DNA of 64,000 nt. Source: Enoplolaimus lenunculus. Its lineage: Eukaryota. The notes beneath the pieces were generated by a model. That model was not told the origin of the DNA and did not search any database. It saw only the letters and a list, made by a program, of their open reading frames with translations. The DNA lies in assembly GCA_030248215.1 (NCBI GenBank), contig JASANG010003494.1, positions 1-64,000 of the forward strand. Reading direction: 5' to 3'. The position numbers were made by a program, and so were the translations under genes. Of the stretch, positions 50,501 through 59,500 are shown in pieces. The stretch's first letter is position 1. Each line of letters begins with the position of its first letter.

Positions 50501-53500
50501 GTTCAACGGCGCCACTTTTAGCACTGCAAGGTCACCGGTTCAACAGTTATGGCCCTTTAAATTTTAACTTTTAACTTTTTGCCATATAAACATGTACAAA
50601 CAGCAATCGAATTTGTTTAAGGAATAAACCTGGTTAAGCTTATATTTTACGGACATGTTAATGATAGATACTTCCTTTTCCAATCCGTGCGTGTTTGCAC
50701 TATAGTTTCGAGGGCCATAACTTCTGAACCATTCGTCATGTAGCCATAAACGTGGTACCGTTGAATTGAGCTCGTCGAGATCTATAGGACAGACAACTTG
50801 TTATCAAAATCCTAGGGGGTCCAGATTTCGTACCACCGCCCACATTTTTATGGATTTGGATTGTTTGTATAGTCGATGGCAAAAGCAGTTGGATTTAGAA
50901 GTATAGACGAAGATCCTTTCTTTATTTTATCTGTTTGTTTTGTTAGAAATTGCATCGAGAACACAACAGAGTACACGGTACAAGTTAACTCGAAACATAT
51001 GTAAGAATTTGTTGCAGTGTGCATGCATTTAGTGCAAACGCTCATATGTTTGTTGTTGTTGCATGCAGTTTTATAGTATTATTTGAGATATTTTTTGTTG
51101 TTCAATCCCCCTTTATAGTCTTCGGTACTTTATTTTACCCCTCATAAAAGAGTTACCCACACATAATGACAGGGATAATAAAATACGCTTAGGCTTAAGA
51201 TTAGGATTAGGTTTAGCCTAGTCTTAGACTTAGGTTCAGGCTTAGGCTTAGGTCAGTAAGGATGAAGAAAACGATAAACAGTAACGTAAGGGAGCACTTG
51301 TGCCTTCTATCAGATTATTGCTGTGGGATAAATAAATGAGTATTTAGGCTGGATTAGGATTAGGTTTACCCTTAGTCTTAGGGTTAGGTTCAGGTTTAGG
51401 CTTAGGTCAGTAAGGATTAACAAAACGATAAACAGTAACGTAGGGGAGGACTTCTGCCTTCTATCAGATTAAAGCTGTGGGATCCATAAATGAGTATTTA
51501 GGCTGGATTAGGATTAGGTTTAGCCTTAGTCTTTGGCTTAGGTTCAGGTTTAGGCTTAGGTTAGTAAAGATTAACAAAACGATAAACAGTAACGTAGGGG
51601 AGGACTTCTGCCTTCTATCAGATTAATGCTGTGGGATCAATAAATGTGTATTTAGGCTTGTATGAATTTTTCGGTCTAGTTTGAACTACAAAAGAAAACA
51701 AATTCGCTACAATATAAGAAAAGAATAATGTACCCAAGAAACCAATGTCACCATTTCAAGAATTGTTTGTCTTGTGACGCCTGACGGTGCCGCACCAGCA
51801 GTACACCGTAACCGTTTCAATGGCTATTTGAACCTGGCGTCAACCAATTGCCAGTTTGCACTGGGATGTTTTGAAATTAAACTGTACAAGTTGGAATGCT
51901 GCCCAAAATACGTATGTAGGATGTTCCAGCTTTAGTAATAAAGATACTTTGTCATCTATTCCATTAACGTTAGTGCTGCCGTATGCTTGCAAATGGTGAC
52001 TCCACAAATTTCTGTTTGGATATCCGCAATTTATAATAATAAAAAAACCTCGCAAGTAAAACGAGCAAGAAACCAAAAAACCTGGCAAGTAAAACGAGCA
52101 AGAAACCAAACGCAATTTTAGTACTGCGTGAAATCTTAATACAAAAAATTTCCGTTTTGTGCCGTTTTGGCTGGCCATGACATGGATGGGTCGAATGTGA
52201 TTCGCCAATTATGCTTGCCGTTGTTTTGAATTCATATTACAGGTTATTCGTCTGATTCTGGATTAGAAGACTCAGCAGACGGAGTACATGCGGGTATAAG
52301 ATTTGATGAAACTCACAACGACGTATTTTGCGCTCAAGTTAGCGACAAACTAGTACGTTATGCGACCTAAGAATATGCGGCTCTTTTACAGATCAGGGGC
52401 GGAACGTTTTTCTGCGGGACTGTAATGGAGTAAGCTGAAGCTTTAGATCAATTTTTATGCTTAGGCTTAGAATATAGTTTGCTATAAGCTCATTTATTCG
52501 CTTAGGCTTAGGAATATGCTTATGCTACTGTAATGGTCATGTTCTATATATATTGGCAGACTATGCAAATAATTACTGACTTAGAACTAAGAGTGGTTAT
52601 GTGTGTATAATCAAGAGTCATGATACAAGAGGGTGCAACTCTGGATTCCGCATGGTATAAAATGTACCACCGGGCGTGTTGTTTTTGGCCGACCCCCCTT
52701 TTGGTTAGAGGGCGTTTGCTGTCACATGCAATATACCCTAAATTAAATTATATGCGGAGTAATTTGTTGCCGAATACGTAATGTGTCATGTTTCGCATAG
52801 GTTGTACCCCCCTCTAAATGAAGGGGGTAGGGCAAAAATGCAACGCGTGCCGGGTATATTCTTTTCCATACAGAATGTGCCCAGTTGCATACTCTTGTTA
52901 GTATGCATCATCCACTCTTGGTATGACCTATCACCAGTAAATAGTAAGCCTTCAAACCACGAACCGCAACAGCTGTTGATTTAAAAGTCTTTTCCAAATA
53001 GGACCCACACAAGTTCGGGAAATTTGGTTATGAATAGGTTTTCGACCCGGGGATTTTAAACTAGGCAACGCGTAAATTTTTAAACTCACTATTATTAGCT
53101 AGTTCGGAAAGAGTTGTCGCTGACTAGTGATAAATAAGTGCTACACACATTTGAGAATATAAACATTGAATTAAACCGTGTTAATTTTTCACCAAGAGTG
53201 GATAATGACAAGAGTGTGCAACTCTTGGGGTCCCACATGGTACCAAATTTACCACCGGGTGTGGCGTTTTTGGCCGACCCCCTTTGTTTAGAGTGGGTTC
53301 GCTATCACATGAATATCCCTAATTTAAACTATAAGGGGAGCGTGTTTGACGCCGCATACATAAAGTGCCATGGTTCGCACCGGTTGTAGTCCCTCTAAAT
53401 GAAGGGGGCAGTGGTGGGGCAAAAACACAACGCGTGCCTGGTATATTCTTTTCTACACAGAATGTGCCCAGTTGCACACTTTTGTTAAATATCGATTATC

Positions 53501-56500
53501 CACTCTTGATTTCACCGAGAGTGGATGATATATTACATAACAAGAGTGTGCAACTGGGTACATTCTGCGTACAAAAGAATGTACCCAGCGCACGTTGCGT
53601 TTTTGGCCGACCCCCGCCACATAATATGTCATGCCAAAAAGTGCTCAGAATATAGTCTAAAAACTACAGAATATTATATCATGGTACATTGACCCCCCTT
53701 AAATAAGGAAAATACACCAAAAATACACGCGTGATCGGATTTTTTGTGCAACGCGAGATCCGACAGTTGCATACTCTTGTCCGTGATCATCCAGTCTTGG
53801 TATCACCAAGAGTCGATAATGGTTTCAACAAGAGTGTGCAACTGGGTACATTCTGTGTACAAATGAATGTACCAGGCACGCGTTGCATTTTTCCGCTTAC
53901 CCCTCTTCATTTGGGAGGGGTGTTGAAAACTGGAACGCAGGCAAATACTGTTGCGATACACAGTGCAAACATTGTTCAATTGTATTCTTGATTTAGGTTT
54001 AACTGAGTTCTGTGTGCAGTTGACCCCCCTAAATAAGGGGGGGTATGGGCAAAACGCAACGCGCGGTGGTACTTTTTATCGTCACGCGTATTTTTGGAAG
54101 TTGCACACTCTTATTATCGACTCTTGGTATCACTAATAAAATATTTTAATTTATTTTATGTTTAGCTATTTGTAAGCTTAAGCTTGCTTTGTGTTCAGTG
54201 TTATTTAGGTTAAAAGTAACCGGAAATTTAAGTCTACTCAAACTGATTTTAAGTTTGTTAAGTAGTTTATTTAAATTTTTAGTTTGTTAAGTAGTTTATT
54301 TAAATTTTAAGTTTGTTAAGTAGTTTATTTAAATTTTTAGTTTGTTAAGTAGTTTATTTAAATTTTAAGTTTGTTAAGTAGTTTATTTAAATTTTTAGTT
54401 TGTTAAGTAGTTTATTTAAATTTTAAGTTTGTTAAGTAGTTTATTTAAATTTTTAGTTTGTTAAGTAGTTTATTTAAATTTTAAGTTTGTTAAGTAGTTT
54501 ATTTAAATTTTAAGTTTGTTAAGTAGTTTATTTAAATTTTAAGTTTGTTAATTATTTTATTTAATTTATTTATTAATTTTAATTTTGTTAAGTAGTTTAT
54601 TTAAATTTTTAGTTTGTTAAGTAGTTTATTTAAATTTTAAGTTTGTTAAGTAGTTTATTTAAATTTTTAGTTTGTTAAGTAGTTTATTTAAATTTTAAGT
54701 TTGTTAAGTAGTTTATTTAAATTTTAAGTTTGTTAAGTAGTTTATTTAAATTTTAAGTTTGTTAAGTAGTTTATTTAAATTTTAAGTTTGTTAAGTAGTT
54801 TATTTAAATTTTTAGTTTGTTAAGTAGTTTATTTAAATTTTAAGTTTGTTAATATTTTTTAAAGTTTGTTAAGTAGTTTATTTAAATTTTAAGTTTGTTA
54901 AGTAGTTTATTTAAACTTTTAGTTTGTTAAGTAGTTTATTTAAATTTTAAGTTTGTTAAGTAGTTTATTTAAATTTTAAGTTTGTTAAGTAGTTTATTTA
55001 AATTTTTAGTTTGTTAAGTAGTTTATTTAAATTTTAAGTTTGTTAAGTAGTTTATTTAAATTTTTAGTTTGTTAAGTAGTTTATTTAAATTTTAAGTTTG
55101 TTAAGTAGTTTATTTAAATTTTAAGTTTGTTAAGTAGTTTATTTAAATTTTAAGTTTGTTAAGTAGTTTATTTAAATTTTTAGTTTGTTAAGTAGTTTAT
55201 TTAAATTTTAAGTTTGTTAAGTAGTTTATTTAAATTTTTAGTTTGTTAAGTAGTTTATTTAAATTTTAAGTTTGTTAAGTAGTTTATTTAAATTGAAGGT
55301 TTTAGCGAGCAGGATTTGTTAGTATTTACGAAATGACTATATATAAATTTATAGAGGGTCAATATACATTTTTTACACCGAATTTCTTTATTCTATCGAT
55401 AAATTGGCCAATATAAACCAACGCTGGAGGTGCGTTTATTAAACTGAAGCTAAACCTAAGCCTAACGGTCCCAAACTCTAAGTGCATCAGTTTCTCTGTC
55501 TTGCAAAGTAAGATTTTCGGTCGCTTTTCACGAAAAGACCAAATTTATTGAGAATAGTTGCACAAATTTAATTACTCAGTGTAAGCATAAAATTCGTTTG
55601 TTGGTCTCCCTACGTTGTCAGTGCACTAAAGGGTATCAAGACCACTCGTCGCCCGATAACTTTTAAAACAAAATTTGATCGACTCGACAATTCGTCGCCC
55701 GACAACTTTTAATCCAAAATTTCATCGACTCGACAATTCGTCGCCCGACAACTTTTAATCCAAAATTTCATCGACTCGACAATTCGTCGCCCGACAACTT
55801 AATCCAAAATTTCATCGACTCGACAATTCGTCGCCCGACAACTTTTAATCCAAAATTTCATCGACTCGACAATTCGTCGCCAGACAACTTTTAATCCAAA
55901 ATTTCATCGACTCGACAATTCGTCGCCTGACAACTTTTAATTCAAAATTTCATCGACTCGACAATTCGTCGTCCATCATTTTATGCTTAGGATTAGATTT
56001 ACGCTTAGGATTACAAATTGGATTGTTCTTAAATTTATCCATAGGTTTTACGACACTGTTGGGCGACAAGTTGTCGGACGACGAATTGCCGCAGATTCAG
56101 ACAACAGAAGCGGGGTTAAGTTAAGGATAACTTCAGCGATTGTAATTCGAAACCTGTTAGCCAGATTGGGGTCAATTGAGGCGTATCCCCATCGAATGGC
56201 TTCGAAAACACTTTATTTCTGTTAACAAATATGCGCTTACAAATTAATTTGCTATAAAATTAAAAATACAGTCGCTGTGGCGTAACCAAACCAAAATTCT
56301 GTTATTTACTGTTCTGGTAAACTGGCAAATATATCTTAGTAGCGTATAATAGATTTATGACCAGTTGAAAATTTAGTAAATGCAAACTTCTCAATGAAAT
56401 CAAGCTTCAATATCTTTATTCTAAGCCTCGAGTTCAAATATTTTAATTTTTAAGCAAACATTGGCTAACCAATACGCCGCCCCAGTTGACGACAACTTGA

Positions 56501-59500
56501 GTGTGGACGTCAAACAGAATCAACCAATTGCGGTTCAACCTAGCGAACCAATACCTGCACCGTCTTCGGTGGTTCAAGACCAAGGCACCGTTGAAATCAA
56601 GGATGAAACTTTGAAATTATTCAAATCGTCAAATTTTCAAATTCAAAAGCCCCCTGCAACAGATCACGCTGCCCACCAAGTTCGATCCCGGAATATTTCC
56701 GTTCCCAAGCTGCTTGCATTTGTCAGCAAACATGTTCACCTGTCACCGGAACAGCTTCCTCGGTGGTCATTTAATCCTGTTGATGATAATATTTTAATTA
56801 GTCGAAAAATCTTAGTTTCTAGTCAGTCTAATTATTCGCATCATAGGCCTGTTAACTCAGAGTTTGACTCAACTCAAACGAGTTTACAACAAATTGGGAT
56901 AGAAAATCAACTGAACTCTGGTGTTAGTGAAGAGGGTAACGGAAATCCTAGCGAAGATAGAATTTGTGAATCTCAACCAAGGCTTCAACAAGACAAACAG
57001 GACTTAGAAGCTGATTTAGACGAACCAGAATTTAAGCTGGGTAGCATCGCTTTAGAGCCTAAACTAACATCAGCTGATCAACAAACAGCTAATAACGCGA
57101 CACACGAAATTGAGGGTAGCTATGTGACCGAACAAACTACTAGTTTTATTGACCAAAGTTGCACAGAAGGGGCTATCGAAAGTCATATTCGAGATTTAGA
57201 AGATCGTCAAAATCCACCCAACTCAAGTTTTCCAGAAGATATCCGAAATAAAAACACTACCACATTACAATCGGAAACCTTTCAGTCGATCGGTGAGCTA
57301 TCAGAAACTGTGTACAAAGACCCGAACGAACTCGCTTTGTTATCGCATTGCACTAACCCAAGCTTAACCGCATCACCAGAGAAGAATACTCAAGAACCGC
57401 TTGCGATTAGCCCCAGCCCGAGCCTTTCTGAACACCAAGCAACGAGTCCGGTATTCTACCAGACCCTCCGATACGTTCAACCCCTTCATCCACCGGATTC
57501 CCTCTCACAAGAACCGCAACTCTTCCCACAGACAGATCTTCGTCTTCGACTAGCAGCGTCTGACGTCTACGCCACCTCAAATTGCAAAGGCCGGTCTCGC
57601 CAAGCAACCGTCCTAGCTCAAACTAGCGACCACCGTCCATACACCACCGTAGTACCCTTAAACCGGGTATCCCTTGATTGTGAAGTCCGACCCGTGGACC
57701 CTTGTAATCATACGGTTACCATACATCTTGTTGATTGGGAGCTATGCTATCATAAAACAGAGATATTTGTTTCAAGTATTCATAAGGACGCGAGGGACCT
57801 AGGCGGTGAGTATGAAGCAAGCCAGAAACCAGAGGTCTCTCGCCCAGCGACTGAATACATCCTGGAAGCGTCCTCCGTTACCAAGCAACGTGAGACGTTG
57901 TCGAAAACGACAATAACCAACTCAGGCAGTCATAAAGATAAGACAGACTCTTGCGTCGAGGTAAGTGTCGGCCAGGAAGAAACTGTACCCAATCGTGAGG
58001 CGGACTTTGACGGACCTAGCAGCGCCGTTAAGGAAACACACGACCAGGAACCAAAGACTGAAGAGAAAATTGAAACTGCAGAGGTTGAAGTTAGCCTCAC
58101 CCGGCCTCATTCGCTCTACGATAATTTAGTGGAACTTGAAAGGTCTGTAAAAACCAAGAAAGGTGAAGAAGATACCGCAGGTATTAGAAACCCGTCAAAA
58201 TTGATTGCAACCGCAGAAACGGTAGTGTTCCGAAATCCTGAGTCTGTACACGTTCGGCAACTTATCGCAAGCGGCAGCACAAGTTCACCAATGCTCAACA
58301 AGCGGCTCCAACGGGGTCCTGAACGATCCAGTCGGCTGTCGCAAAAACTGGACGCTGATCGGGCAGACCCGTCAGTGAATCTACGACCACTGTCGGACGG
58401 ATACAATCTTAGCACTGCCCGGCAGAGCTACGTACGAAGTTCACTATCGGAAAAAGTTCGCCGTCGTCTCACGAACTGGACCGCACTGACCTCTGGGGCG
58501 ACTCCTGGTCAGACGCCTTCCACAGGCAAGCCAGCAGACAGTAGAAGTATTGCAGATTGCGCTGAATGCAGTCAAATTGATAATAGCAATTTATGTGTTG
58601 CATCTAAACGAGAAAACTCTTCGCTACCAGAACGAATTGCACAACTTTTCTGGGTGACATCACGCAAACGGATTCCTGATCCAAGACGAGGGTCCGGCTC
58701 CTATCATCGACATACCGTTGGGGTAGAACTTCCAAGCACTACGAGTCACGGTATTCGAGAAAGAAAACGAAGCGACCCGCGGCTTAATTTTGGCGTTTCT
58801 GGTAAAACCGGTTCAACTGAAGAACAATCAAAATCTGGTCAAACGTTTGTGGGTGCAAAACCAACTGACAACAGTGCAAATTCCGAAACGTGGTCCAATA
58901 CGCGAACCAAAATGACGAGACAACATAAACCAAATGTGGAATGCTCAAAAAGTCATTGGTACGTTGAAATGGTGAACTCCTCAAATGATGAGTTGTGCTC
59001 AAAACGACCACGAACACCTGATTCGAGTAAGAGTGCACCAGGTTGTCAGGATATTATTGGCCGTTCTGCCTTAAGCGAAGAATCCAAAACAGACAACTGT
59101 ATCCCTACTGCATTGAAAAAGTCTCCGGTCCTTACACAACGGCGGAAAAAGCGACAGATACGCATTGAGAAACAACACATGCAGCAGCAGCAACAACAAC
59201 AGCAGCAGCAGCAACAACAACAGCAGCAGCAGCAGCACGAGCAGCAACAACAACAACAACACCACCACCACCACCACCAACAGCAACAAAAAGTGACTAA
59301 TCTGAGTCACTCTTCGAATGAGATGAACCAATCCGAATCAACTAGTCAAATTTCAACCAAAATAAGCACCCCATCAGAATCAACCACCGCATGTCCTTTG
59401 AATGAGACCAGCCAATCTGAGTCAACAAATCAACCAGCAAATGAAGTCAGCAACCAATCTAAATTAACGACGAAAAGCTCTTGGAATCCCATCAACCAAT

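Noticed and set aside
51760..51910. Open frame with GTATGT donor as an extra exon
   Set aside because: Ends in phase 0, which hits a stop in exon 18. Its 3' part resembles a dispersed repeat also at ~428 and ~832.
59071..59331. Leu/Val-rich minus ORF resembling a transmembrane protein
   Set aside because: Antisense of the CAG/CAA/CAC tract.
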